Of a stretch of DNA of 64,000 nt, positions 1 through 9,397 are shown one piece after another (position 1 is the first letter of the stretch; every line of letters starts with the position of its first letter). The stretch lies in the IMG/VR virus record IMGVR_UViG_3300042988_001200. The stretch is one strand, 5' to 3'. Both the position numbers and the translations under genes were made by a program. The DNA is from a virus (lineage: Duplodnaviria; Caudoviricetes). The notes beneath the pieces were generated by a model. The model did no database searches, was not told the DNA's origin, and saw only the letters and a program-made list of their open reading frames with translations.

Positions 1-2651
1 AGTCCCATTTCTTTATTAAGGGCTTCTAGTCTAGCTATAAGAGTGTTAAGAGAAGCTCTATCCACTTTATTAGTCCATGAGGCTTTACTAGAGGATAGAG
101 AACTATCTACATTACCTACTTTAGTTCTAGTTAATCTAAACCACTCTCTTTCTAGGTGTTGACCCTCTGAGGCTTTAAAGTCCTCCATCTCCTCTGACAT
201 ACTATCTTTACTTCTATATAGAGTCCCCTCTCTTTCACCATATCTCCTCATATCTCTAGCTAGATTAATAATACCCACTTCCCCACTAGTAGTATCATCC
301 CCTACATCAAAGGCTAAGGAGGAACTACCAAAGTTAGATGAACCTTGTATAGCTCCTATATGTTTAAAGGAATCATCCTCCCCTCTATACCTTTGTATGG
401 CAAATATATTCTTTACATGACTCATAGTCTCTGTAACCTCTATAATATTCCCACTAGTTATAGCTAGTATCTGAAGGGCTGTTCTATAACTAGACTCACT
501 ACTTACCTTATTATAGAATCTGGATAATTTATCTCTAGGGTCAATGAATTTATCTATAGATACTCCATAGTTAACTCCCCCTTTATCTAATCCTAAAAGA
601 TTAATAAGGGCTTTAGAGTCTCTATTTACTGCATTAGTAAGAGTTCTTAGAGAACTACTGTATCTATCTTCAAATACCTTAGAACCTAATCTAACAGTAG
701 ATTCATAATCTAGGGAGGTGTTCTCCATTCTACCTAGGAGATAACTAACTTTCTCTATAGTAGGTTCTAGAACTTTATCTCTATAGTTTCTAATATCAAC
801 AGAGACATAGGCTCTTCCCTTATTAACTAGCTCAAAGAACTTATATTGAATCTCACTTCTATAGATAGAGTCTCGGTTATTACCTTTATTCCTTATTAAG
901 AATGTTTCTATAGGTATAGTTCTAGATTTACCAGAGGGACCAAACTCTCCACTATAATCCCCTTTCTTACCATAATAGATATCATCATCTAGTTGAAGGA
1001 GCCATACCTGGTTAAGGTTAGCGTATAGTTCTATAGGTTTATCATATGTAGATTTACTAGAAGCATATTTAATCATAGTCCTAAGTCCCTGTCCTATATC
1101 CCCGGCATTACCTATTTGATTACCAGTAACAGCTCTTCTAGTTTTAATCTCATTAAGAGCTATCATCCTAGCTTGGAGGTATAGATGTGTATCTATATAC
1201 TCCTGTTTCTTCTCCTTTGTCATAGAACTAGAGAAGGAGCTTCTTATATCTAAAGCTGTTCTTTTAACTCCATCCATATCTGGAATATAGTAGCTAGATG
1301 AATTAGGATTTATTCTATCTAGTCTATTATGAAGAATGATTACTTCTTCATAGTTAGACCCTGCTACTGAAGGACTATTACCTACTGGAGAAGTTAAGTT
1401 AAAGGAGCCTAACATAGCAAACTTCTCAGTAGTATATAACTTAGGGTGATAGCTGCCACTATCTATAAACTCTAGGTTCATATTAGGTAGATAGTTAGCT
1501 ATAGTGTTATTTATATTACCTGGTGATGTAAGAGTCTCTACATCATTAACTCCTAGGGATATAAGTTTCTCTTTAACAATATCCTTTTGAACTCTATAAA
1601 TCCTTTCCATAATAATAATATTAGGGCCAAGGATTTGATGACCCACCATATTAGCATTACTTCCATTAGAGGGGGCAGCTAGTCTAATACTAAACTTAAA
1701 GTCTCCAGAGGCTATTCTACTAGATTCCCTCTGTAGTTTAGATACTAGTACATCAGATATAGTCTTATTCTGAAGTTGAAATAGGTCTATAGTTAGTTCT
1801 TTATCGGCACTTTCTATAAAAGCAATAGCCATTCTCACACCGGGTTTATATACATAATCACTCTTATCTAGTAACCTAGTGGAGAAATCTTTGACATAAG
1901 AAGTAGATGTAGTAAACCCATAATCCATCCTTTTTAATAGAATCTCTGGATCTGTTCTTATTAATTCATCATGTATCTTGTTAACTCTATTAGTAACTTG
2001 ATACTCTTCTCCAGTTAATAAGTGATTTAAAACCCATCTTCCCTTAGCCATTCCATCTAAATCATTAATATTAGGATTCTCTTTTAGTATCTTAAGACCC
2101 CCATATATGTTCTTATTAACTTCATTACTAACTACTTCAGTAGTGTCATGGTCAAATAAATATCTATATGCAACACTGGAAGTATACCTTTCATACTCTA
2201 TTCGGCGCTTATCCTTTTCCTTCTCAGATAGAGTTGACTCAAAGAAACCATCATTTAATCCAATATTAAACTCTCCAGTTATACGATTAATGGCCTTTAT
2301 CCCACTAGTTGATAGGTTGTATAAATCACTTGAAAAGGCAGAGAATGCGTTTCTAGCTAGAGCTCTAGCTGCTTCTTCATATACATCTACCTTATCCTGT
2401 AGAATATCCTGTTTAACAACTTGTTTTATATAATCCCTTCTTTGAACCTCTTCCTTCTCTGTGTAATAACCCCTATAGTTCTTACTAGAACTTACTCCAA
2501 AATCCTGATTATATTTATCATCATATTGTTCATTAAAAAGGAAATGGGTATTAATAGTATCTTTTAAATGGTCTCTTATTCCTTTCTCATAGAAAGAACC
2601 ACTTAATATTCTATTATCTGTAGGGTTATTACTCCAATTAGGATAGTGCAT
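1..2651 (-). CDS. Large protein (N-terminal >=883 aa, runs off window) with two phospholipase D/nuclease-type HxK..GSxN motifs; candidate tape-measure/ejection protein
   Basis: Manual translation from ATG at 2651 (MHYPNWSNNPTDNR...) is stop-free to base 3. Motifs HPKLYTTEKFAMLGSFNLT (His codon 1446-1448) and HVKNIF...GSSNFG (His codon 417-419). Absent from ORF track, presumably because no stop lies in the window. Confidence 0.8.
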   Translation of the reverse strand, partial: MHYPNWSNNPTDNRILSGSFYEKGIRDHLKDTINTHFLFNEQYDDKYNQDFGVSSSKNYRGYYTEKEEVQRRDYIKQVVKQDILQDKVDVYEEAARALARNAFSAFSSDLYNLSTSGIKAINRITGEFNIGLNDGFFESTLSEKEKDKRRIEYERYTSSVAYRYLFDHDTTEVVSNEVNKNIYGGLKILKENPNINDLDGMAKGRWVLNHLLTGEEYQVTNRVNKIHDELIRTDPEILLKRMDYGFTTSTSYVKDFSTRLLDKSDYVYKPGVRMAIAFIESADKELTIDLFQLQNKTISDVLVSKLQRESSRIASGDFKFSIRLAAPSNGSNANMVGHQILGPNIIIMERIYRVQKDIVKEKLISLGVNDVETLTSPGNINNTIANYLPNMNLEFIDSGSYHPKLYTTEKFAMLGSFNLTSPVGNSPSVAGSNYEEVIILHNRLDRINPNSSSYYIPDMDGVKRTALDIRSSFSSSMTKEKKQEYIDTHLYLQARMIALNEIKTRRAVTGNQIGNAGDIGQGLRTMIKYASSKSTYDKPIELYANLNQVWLLQLDDDIYYGKKGDYSGEFGPSGKSRTIPIETFLIRNKGNNRDSIYRSEIQYKFFELVNKGRAYVSVDIRNYRDKVLEPTIEKVSYLLGRMENTSLDYESTVRLGSKVFEDRYSSSLRTLTNAVNRDSKALINLLGLDKGGVNYGVSIDKFIDPRDKLSRFYNKVSSESSYRTALQILAITSGNIIEVTETMSHVKNIFAIQRYRGEDDSFKHIGAIQGSSNFGSSSLAFDVGDDTTSGEVGIINLARDMRRYGEREGTLYRSKDSMSEEMEDFKASEGQHLEREWFRLTRTKVGNVDSSLSSSKASWTNKVDRASLNTLIARLEALNKEMG

Positions 2652-2679
2652 AATATAAATACAATTAAGAATAAGATAT

Positions 2680-2862
2680 ATGAATAAAGATTTACAAGAA
2701 CCTCTATATAAAGAATGTAGAGGTAAGACTTTAGATAGTCGTATTAAATCTGCCCCCTTTTCTTATAGATACTTTTCTATAAGGTCATATAAGTCTAATT
2801 CCTTTGAGGAAATGGAGATAAAAAGACAATTAGAAGAGGAACTATATTATACGACTATTTAA
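2680..2862 (+). CDS. Hypothetical protein (60 aa)
   Basis: ORF with AT-rich leader and TATG start context; no recognisable motif. Confidence 0.45.
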   Translation: MNKDLQEPLYKECRGKTLDSRIKSAPFSYRYFSIRSYKSNSFEEMEIKRQLEEELYYTTI

Positions 2863-2903
2863 TTATGTTATATTAGAACAAGTTATATATTAGTAATATA
2901 AAT

Positions 2904-3344
2904 ATGAACACATTAAGTAATGTAGCTTTAGGTCCTTTTGAGTTACCCTCTGGAAAGGTAATTACGTTTAGAACTTTATCTTTTAAAGAAAGAAGAGAAT
3001 TGCTTTCTAAGTGGCAGAAGAATGATGGTAGAACCCAAGGTTATCTTCTAGAAGAATATTTTATGGCTGCTGCTTTAGTAACAGAGGATAATCAAGGAGT
3101 TATTGATGAGTATCAATCTTCAGATGGTTATATTGCTAGACTTGACCATTGGTCAATGAAAGATACCTCTTATTATATGGAAGCCTTTATTATCATTAAT
3201 GGTGTAGGTGAGAGAGAAAGACCTAATATTGAGGCAGAGGTAAAAAAAATACTTGGGGTTACTCCAGGTACACCCTTACCCCCTCCCCCACCCGTTTCTC
3301 AGGAGAGTACCTCCTCTCTACCCAAAGGGCTAAAGATTATGTAA
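2904..3344 (+). CDS. Tail assembly chaperone (gpG-like, short form)
   Basis: 146 aa; N-terminal 'FELPSGKVITFRTLSFKERRELL' resembles myophage TACs; in-frame slippery A AAA AAA near the 3' end. Confidence 0.7.
   Translation: MNTLSNVALGPFELPSGKVITFRTLSFKERRELLSKWQKNDGRTQGYLLEEYFMAAALVTEDNQGVIDEYQSSDGYIARLDHWSMKDTSYYMEAFIIINGVGERERPNIEAEVKKILGVTPGTPLPPPPPVSQESTSSLPKGLKIM
3242..3248 (+). other. Programmed -1 ribosomal frameshift slippery site (A AAA AAA)
   Basis: GTA AAA AAA ATA in frame 0. The -1 frame opens after TGA at 3230-3232 and is stop-free into ORF 3431..3874. Possible stimulatory stem GGGGT(3255-3259)/ACCCT(3272-3276) or ACCCC(3278-3282), 6 nt downstream. Confidence 0.75.
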
Positions 3345-3874
3345 TTCCTCCCATCCAAGTATGGGGAGTATTAGATGTTTATTATTCATATGAACTAAAT
3401 AATCTATCTACATTATTCCCCACACCTTTAATGCCTATAGCTCCACTATTATATATAGGGTTAAAAGAAAGATATCTTATTAATATACCTATAGATACAT
3501 TAAGTAGAGCTATAGATAGTCTAAGATTTATTCCTCCTTCCTATGCCGGTTCTTTATACTATGACCCTAATATCCCTTATTACTTTAGTTTATTAGTTGA
3601 TGCTATTTCCACTAATATAGTAGAGCAGACTCAACTAGATAACTGGATAAGAATATGTCAAGTATGTCCTCTACCCTTATTTCAAGATATAGCTTATTTA
3701 GAGTTAGATATCTTTTGGAGTACAGCTATAGCTAAGGCGGTAGATAGTTATGTTAGAGAGCAGAATAAGAAACAGGATGAAGTAATGAAGAATCTAGAGA
3801 AGAAGTTAATTAAAGAGGATATACCTACAAGTAACTTTAATCACATACCCATGCCCAAGAATTATGGAATGTAA
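3248..3874 (+). CDS. Tail assembly chaperone frameshift extension (gpT-like part of a 323-aa G-T fusion)
   Basis: -1 frame NTWGYSRYTLTP...TPLMPIAPLL... is continuous with track ORF 3431..3874. Confidence 0.7.
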   Translation, partial: NTWGYSRYTLTPSPTRFSGEYLLSTQRAKDYVIPPIQVWGVLDVYYSYELNNLSTLFPTPLMPIAPLLYIGLKERYLINIPIDTLSRAIDSLRFIPPSYAGSLYYDPNIPYYFSLLVDAISTNIVEQTQLDNWIRICQVCPLPLFQDIAYLELDIFWSTAIAKAVDSYVREQNKKQDEVMKNLEKKLIKEDIPTSNFNHIPMPKNYGM

Positions 3875-3880
3875 ATAAAT

Positions 3881-5257
3881 ATGGATAGAACTCCAGTAGA
3901 GAATAAGACAACACAACTAGAGAGTAGCCCTCCTAGTATAGATTTAATCCCTTCTTATAAAAGGAAACCCCCAGTAATAAGACAGATGGGTAGAACCACT
4001 TCTTATATCTCTACTGGAGATGACCTCTTTACCTCTTGTGTTAGACCTAGTATCCAACAACTATCCTTATGGGATTCAGCTAGAAGGAAAGAACCTATTC
4101 TATTTGATGGGTTACAAAAGATGGTAGGAGCTGTTAGAGCTAAGTATGCTGGATGTAGTCATCCAGACCCTATTATTAATACTTTTGTTAATAGAGTTCT
4201 AGAGAATAGAATACTTGAATGGGTAGGCTCTATAACTAATACTATGCTATGGAGTGGGTTCTGTGTAGGAGAGATAGTCCATGAATATAAGACTGGTATT
4301 AATGGGGAGAAGCAGGTATGGATAAAGGACTTTTTTACTTACCACCCTATAGAGCCTAGATTTATATTAAATAAACAGGGACTTCTTACTCATGGCGAGT
4401 TAATGGAAGAAAGTTCTTTATCTACAGGTATATGGGTTCCAGCTCCGGAGTATTTATCATCTAAAAGAGCTATAAATCATTCTTTTACAGGTAGTCATGT
4501 TAGATTACCTAAGACTAAAGTTTTTCATATAGCTTTTAATTCAGAAGGTAATAATCCTTATGGAATGTCTCAATTAGAAGCTGCTACTAAATATCATATA
4601 TATAAAGAAACCTTCTTAGAGATGGAGGCAGCCGCTCTTGATAGATATGGGACTCCCCTTATTTACTGTACTGTACCCTTACAAAAGACTAAGGAATCAG
4701 TGCAAGAGCCTGATGGTTCTATAAGGGACCTTTATTACCATGAAGTAATAAGTAATCATCTAGCTGATTTGAGGTCACAGCAGACCATAGTTTTATCTTA
4801 TGCTGATAAAGATAACCCACCTAAGTTAGAGGCTCTTACTACAGGTAATAACTTTAGTGATACGTTTAATATGGGTATAGAACTCTGTGATAGTAATATG
4901 ATGATAGCTCTAGGTATACCTAATCTAATACTAAAAGATAATAATCAGGGGTTAGGGACTGGTGGTGCAGCAGAGAGACAAATGGAGGCATTCCATTTAT
5001 TTATTACAGATATATTTAATACAGTAACTAATAAGATAATAGAACAGGTTATTACTCCTTTAATTCTATGGAACTTTGATATAGATAAGCATCCATTAGC
5101 TACTCAACCTGTTACCTTTCTATCTAAACCTATTAGATGGTCAGAGAATCAGGTTCTGGTTAATGTTATTAAAACACTAACAGAACTTAATTATATAAAC
5201 CCAGAGGACCCTAAACATAAGGCTTGGGTACTAGATATGTTTAATATACCTAAATAA
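3881..5257 (+). CDS. Portal protein (DUF935 / Mu gp29-like)
   Basis: Motifs 'AALDRYGTP' and 'GTGGAAERQMEAF...NKIIEQVITPLILWNF'; size and position before protease and capsid. Confidence 0.85.
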   Translation: MDRTPVENKTTQLESSPPSIDLIPSYKRKPPVIRQMGRTTSYISTGDDLFTSCVRPSIQQLSLWDSARRKEPILFDGLQKMVGAVRAKYAGCSHPDPIINTFVNRVLENRILEWVGSITNTMLWSGFCVGEIVHEYKTGINGEKQVWIKDFFTYHPIEPRFILNKQGLLTHGELMEESSLSTGIWVPAPEYLSSKRAINHSFTGSHVRLPKTKVFHIAFNSEGNNPYGMSQLEAATKYHIYKETFLEMEAAALDRYGTPLIYCTVPLQKTKESVQEPDGSIRDLYYHEVISNHLADLRSQQTIVLSYADKDNPPKLEALTTGNNFSDTFNMGIELCDSNMMIALGIPNLILKDNNQGLGTGGAAERQMEAFHLFITDIFNTVTNKIIEQVITPLILWNFDIDKHPLATQPVTFLSKPIRWSENQVLVNVIKTLTELNYINPEDPKHKAWVLDMFNIPK

Positions 5258-5259
5258 AG

Positions 5260-6282
5260 ATGCCACAAGTATTTCATAAAGATATAAAGCCTCAAGATGT
5301 ACACCCCCCCTACTCTTTTATATTTAATACAGCAATACAAAGAGAGGCTGCTCTTGTTACTAATAATGATATTGGGAAACTAGCTAGACAAATAGATGAG
5401 GATTCTATATATATACTTACATCTACAGCTCCTACTTGGATAAAACTATTAATGCAAGGGGATAGTACCTTTCCTTCTGGTATAGCTGGTGGGGATTTAA
5501 GTGGAGTGTATCCTAATCCTAGAGTTATAGCAGACTCTCATAGTCACACCCCAGGTTTGACTGTTCCTTTATATCCAACTACTTTACCCCCTTCAGGTAT
5601 AGCTGGAGGAGATTTAACAGGTTCTTATCCTAATCCTGAACTATCTAATACTGGAGTAATACCTGCTTTATATCACTATCCTTCTATAGAAGTGGATAGT
5701 AAAGGAAGGGTAAGATCTATACAAAGTAATCCTAAAGGAGAAACTAATTTAGGTACTTCTTTAGGTAATGGATTACCTATATATAAAGATAAGCAGGGAT
5801 TTAATCTTTTATTTAGGTCTATTAAAGGAGAGGGGGGTATAGATATAACTAATGTACTAGATACACTAGTAGTAAGACCTGGGAATAATCTAGCGCTTTT
5901 ATCGGGTTCTACATTTACAGGTCCTATATCTACCCCTTCTCTGGCTTCTCCTCTAATAGAGACTAGTAGATTAGTCTCTAGTATTTATATGTCAGGTACT
6001 GGGGGTTCTTGGAATATAAGAGCTCAGGATGGGAATATACAGACTAGAACTATAGCTAGTTCCTGTTATATATCCTCTATCTCTGGTTGTAGAGAAGGAG
6101 AAAGATACACTCTAGTGATTAGACAGAATAGTATAGGAGGACATAATATTACCTTTAGTCAAGAGTATAAATTTTGTAGAGGAGACACTTTATCTATATC
6201 TCCTAATAGTATATCTACTATAGATATACTAGTTACTCACTTATCTGAGTATTTATGTACTATAAAAAAAGATTATATATAA
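5260..6282 (+). CDS. Fibre/whisker-like virion protein
   Basis: Two GIAGGDL(S/T)GxYPNP repeats, an 'LLFRSIKGEGGIDI' fibre repeat and a C-terminal 'GNIQTRT..ERYTLVIRQNSIGGHNITF' domain typical of phage fibres. Confidence 0.6.
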   Translation: MPQVFHKDIKPQDVHPPYSFIFNTAIQREAALVTNNDIGKLARQIDEDSIYILTSTAPTWIKLLMQGDSTFPSGIAGGDLSGVYPNPRVIADSHSHTPGLTVPLYPTTLPPSGIAGGDLTGSYPNPELSNTGVIPALYHYPSIEVDSKGRVRSIQSNPKGETNLGTSLGNGLPIYKDKQGFNLLFRSIKGEGGIDITNVLDTLVVRPGNNLALLSGSTFTGPISTPSLASPLIETSRLVSSIYMSGTGGSWNIRAQDGNIQTRTIASSCYISSISGCREGERYTLVIRQNSIGGHNITFSQEYKFCRGDTLSISPNSISTIDILVTHLSEYLCTIKKDYI

Positions 6283-6283
6283 A

Positions 6284-6703
6284 CTACAATTTACGGGACA
6301 TAAGGTATTGGCTAGATAGTTGATTAAGGTGTAAATATCCTTGAGCCATAAGTATATGGATACAGGGAGCTTTACTTTTAGAGAAGGAGTAGCAGGTACA
6401 AGAGGAAAGATTAGCTGGTAATTGATATTCCTCCTTAGTGTTAACACATAACCATCCATTAGATATAGGTATAAGAAGATACCCTTTATAAATTAGATAA
6501 GCATATGTAAATACCTTAATCATATTAGAAGGGGAGTCCCATAGTTTATTAATATTAAATTTATATTTTCTTTTAAATAGATAAAATGATAAGGATATGT
6601 TATCCTTTTCTTCCTCTAGATTTATATTAGATATAGACTTATTAAGATAATCAAATAAAAGAAAAAAAGCAATAGGAGATGTAGATTTAGAATCAAGTAA
6701 CAT
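6284..6703 (-). CDS. SWIM zinc-finger protein
   Basis: CTC-x9-CIH (CxCx(n)CxH) motif near C-terminus; start codon uncertain. Confidence 0.7.
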   Translation of the reverse strand: MLLDSKSTSPIAFFLLFDYLNKSISNINLEEEKDNISLSFYLFKRKYKFNINKLWDSPSNMIKVFTYAYLIYKGYLLIPISNGWLCVNTKEEYQLPANLSSCTCYSFSKSKAPCIHILMAQGYLHLNQLSSQYLMSRKL

Positions 6704-8086
6704 ATGAATAAAATTCCATTAGAGATAGAGAGTAAGAATATATTAAATATACCAGTAGCCAAGGTTGGTAAATGGTATAGGAATAATAGAGTTATATCAT
6801 TTACCATGAAGGACTTAAAGTCTATGGTAGATAACTTTAAGAAGAGGGTTCTGTCTTTTAATCCTTTTTTAACCTATGGTCATTTAGTTGATACAGCTTC
6901 AATAGACTCACATAGAAAGAAGGGAGATATATTAGATTTATATATTAAAGGAAATACTCTATGGGCCAAAGCTATAACAAAAGAAGATACTTATGAAAGT
7001 ATTTTAAAAGGAGAATATGAACACTCATCAGGAGAGTTTATATTAGATTATACTAATCCTAATACTGGAATGAAGACTGGAGCTGTTTTATTAAGATTAG
7101 CTCTTACTAACTCTCCCTTTTTACCATTAGGTAAAATCGAAGCTCTGTCCTTAGATGTAAATGATAATATTGAAGTATTTAGTATTCAAGTAGATGTACC
7201 TAAAGTTATTATGGAAAATATAGAAGAAGTTAATCCTATTAAGGAACCTTTAGAAGATTCAACTGTTATAGAAGTTCCTCTAGAACAATCTAAAGAACCT
7301 GAACCTATTACTGAAGTTCAAATAGAAGCCTCTTTAGATTCTAAAGTAGAAGAGTTTGTAGTAAAGTCTACTTCTAAAGCAGAACCTTTGGTAAAAGAAG
7401 AACTTTTAACTAAAGAGGAATTAAAGGTAGAACCCCCAGTAGAAGTTGTCCCACAATCTCCTACTTCTAAAGAAGATAATAAAGAAAACTTATCAATATC
7501 ACCAAAAGAAAAACCCAATAAAAAGAAGAATATGCCCCAAATTAGTGACCCAACCCCTAATGAAATTAATATTCAATCTCTAGTAGATTCATTAAAGACT
7601 CAATTAGAAGCTACTTATGCTGCTCAACTAGAGAGACTAAGTATTCAAAATGAGAGTCTTGTAAAGCAACTAGAGGCTAAAGAGACACAAGTTGAGGAAC
7701 TTTCAGTACAAGCTAAGACTCAAAGTCTATCTTTATCTGCTACTCATCAACAGATGTTACATGTACAGGATGGAATCTTTGAAGATTATTTAATTGCTAA
7801 TGGAGCTCCTCCTGTTATTATCAATAAAGCTAAAGAGTTAAGAAATGCTATTCTAGCTGGAGATAATATTATTAAATTATCTAATGATGAAGGTCAAGAA
7901 GTAGAATATACATATTCTCAATACATCTCAGACCTAGTAGTATCAGCCCTAAAGATTTATCCAATTGAGCCCTCTCAAACTGGAGTCTCTAGATTCTCTA
8001 TTACAAATGCTCCCTTTGATTCCAATGGTTCCCATTTATTTTTAAATGAGATTATTCGTAGAAACAAAGAAAAGGTTAATAAATAA
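6704..8086 (+). CDS. Prohead protease/scaffold (Mu gpI-like)
   Basis: 'IPVAKVGKW', 'LTYGH', 'YEHSSGEF...GAVLLRLALTNSPFL'; acidic linker and coiled-coil C-terminus; directly upstream of capsid gene. Confidence 0.85.
   Translation: MNKIPLEIESKNILNIPVAKVGKWYRNNRVISFTMKDLKSMVDNFKKRVLSFNPFLTYGHLVDTASIDSHRKKGDILDLYIKGNTLWAKAITKEDTYESILKGEYEHSSGEFILDYTNPNTGMKTGAVLLRLALTNSPFLPLGKIEALSLDVNDNIEVFSIQVDVPKVIMENIEEVNPIKEPLEDSTVIEVPLEQSKEPEPITEVQIEASLDSKVEEFVVKSTSKAEPLVKEELLTKEELKVEPPVEVVPQSPTSKEDNKENLSISPKEKPNKKKNMPQISDPTPNEINIQSLVDSLKTQLEATYAAQLERLSIQNESLVKQLEAKETQVEELSVQAKTQSLSLSATHQQMLHVQDGIFEDYLIANGAPPVIINKAKELRNAILAGDNIIKLSNDEGQEVEYTYSQYISDLVVSALKIYPIEPSQTGVSRFSITNAPFDSNGSHLFLNEIIRRNKEKVNK
7532..8086 (+). 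CDS. Putative nested scaffold protein (in-frame internal start MPQISDP...)
   Basis: In-frame ATG after A-rich leader (aaaaagaagaat ATG) at the start of the coiled-coil region; analogous to Mu I/Z. Confidence 0.45.
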   Translation: MPQISDPTPNEINIQSLVDSLKTQLEATYAAQLERLSIQNESLVKQLEAKETQVEELSVQAKTQSLSLSATHQQMLHVQDGIFEDYLIANGAPPVIINKAKELRNAILAGDNIIKLSNDEGQEVEYTYSQYISDLVVSALKIYPIEPSQTGVSRFSITNAPFDSNGSHLFLNEIIRRNKEKVNK

Positions 8087-8131
8087 AACTACCCTTTTAA
8101 TTTATATTTAAGTAACTATTAATAAATAAAT

Positions 8132-9397
8132 ATGCCAGTTCCAAATAATACAAACTTTTCACCCTGGGCCTCTCCTCTTAGTCCTATTAGACCGGACTTA
8201 ATTCCTTCTGAACCTATTTATACAGAAGTAGCTAGAAGTTTTATTCCTAATGTTGGTCAATCCCCCCTAACTGAATTATTCCCTATTGAGGAAATTCTAG
8301 AACGTACTGTTATTATCAACCAATACTTTGAAGCTGCCTATTCTATTTGGCCACTTGTTGATTGGGGTAAGCCTGATGTTGTAACAGGTTTTAATAAAGG
8401 GGCTATGCAAACAAGAAGCTATCAACCCCTTGTTATTCGTAATACTAAGGCTCTCTCATATGGAGAGATGAATATTCGTCTTCGTAGTGGTACTAATGAA
8501 AGATGGAGACCAGAAGAACAAATTGTTAGTGTTATTGAAGGTATGGTAAGAGAACATAACCTAACATGGGATGTATATCGTACTATGATGCTTCAAGGTG
8601 GTATTGACCATAGTGATAGTCAAACAGGCTCTTCCGCTAGAGTACCTGCTGAAATCCCTCTTCATAACATCTGGAATTGGTCTGTATCATCTGGTTATAA
8701 GGGTAGAGCTGATTCCTCTGTATTTCTAGATATTACAGATAACAACTCAGTACAACCTACTTCTCAAGGTACTCCTTGGACCCACCCTAATGCTGATGTC
8801 TTAGGTACTATACAAAAGATTAGTAGTTATTTCTCTACTACTAATAAGAGTATGCCTACTGATATCTATATGTCTAGAGAACTAGCTCATATCCTAGCTG
8901 GTAATAACCAGGTTAAGATGGCTAGAGGAGCTACTGTATTTGGTTTACCAGGTGGAGCAGTTTCTAGAGATACTCCAGACCCAGACTTATCTAGAATGTT
9001 TAGTATGGATAATATGGGTCTATCATCTATTAATGGTCTTCCTGTTAAGATTATTGATACTATCTATAGAGACCAAGCTACTGGTTTAATGCGCTCTGCA
9101 TGGCCTAAGAATAAGGTAGTAATTGCATCTAGAGTAGCTCCAGATGGTTCTCCTGAAGCTCCAGGTAGAACTCAGTTCTGTATATCTGAACAAGCAGGTA
9201 CTTCCTCTGGTCTATGGGTAAGAACTATTGATAACTCTGTACCCCCAGCAGCCCCTGCTATGATGATTCAAATGGGTAATGCTGGTCTTCCATATCTTAA
9301 ATACCCCTATAGAGTTGTTCATATGACAGTATCTAGTGTGGCTGATGTTAATGCTAGATTAGGTGCTGTAGGGGACCTAAGTTTTGGTGTTGTATAA
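8132..9397 (+). CDS. Major capsid protein (HK97 fold, Phage_cap_E-like)
   Basis: 421 aa after protease; features such as 'TELFP', 'EHNLTWDVYRTMMLQGG', 'TDIYMSREL' and 'INGLPVKIIDTIY'. Confidence 0.85.
   Translation: MPVPNNTNFSPWASPLSPIRPDLIPSEPIYTEVARSFIPNVGQSPLTELFPIEEILERTVIINQYFEAAYSIWPLVDWGKPDVVTGFNKGAMQTRSYQPLVIRNTKALSYGEMNIRLRSGTNERWRPEEQIVSVIEGMVREHNLTWDVYRTMMLQGGIDHSDSQTGSSARVPAEIPLHNIWNWSVSSGYKGRADSSVFLDITDNNSVQPTSQGTPWTHPNADVLGTIQKISSYFSTTNKSMPTDIYMSRELAHILAGNNQVKMARGATVFGLPGGAVSRDTPDPDLSRMFSMDNMGLSSINGLPVKIIDTIYRDQATGLMRSAWPKNKVVIASRVAPDGSPEAPGRTQFCISEQAGTSSGLWVRTIDNSVPPAAPAMMIQMGNAGLPYLKYPYRVVHMTVSSVADVNARLGAVGDLSFGVV

Noticed and set aside
2107-2433. + strand ORF 108 aa
   Set aside because: Antisense shadow of the long - strand PLD ORF
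2654-2661. T4-like late promoter TATAAATA (also near 2897, 20100, 49627)
   Set aside because: Expected many times by chance at this AT content; no consistent spacing to starts
3431-3874. Independent gene starting at ATG 3431
   Set aside because: Reading frame is open from 3233 and is better explained as the frameshift extension; independent start not excluded
6253-6807. - strand ORFs 6253..6459 and 6622..6807
   Set aside because: Alternative-frame overlaps with SWIM and protease genes; low-complexity, no motifs
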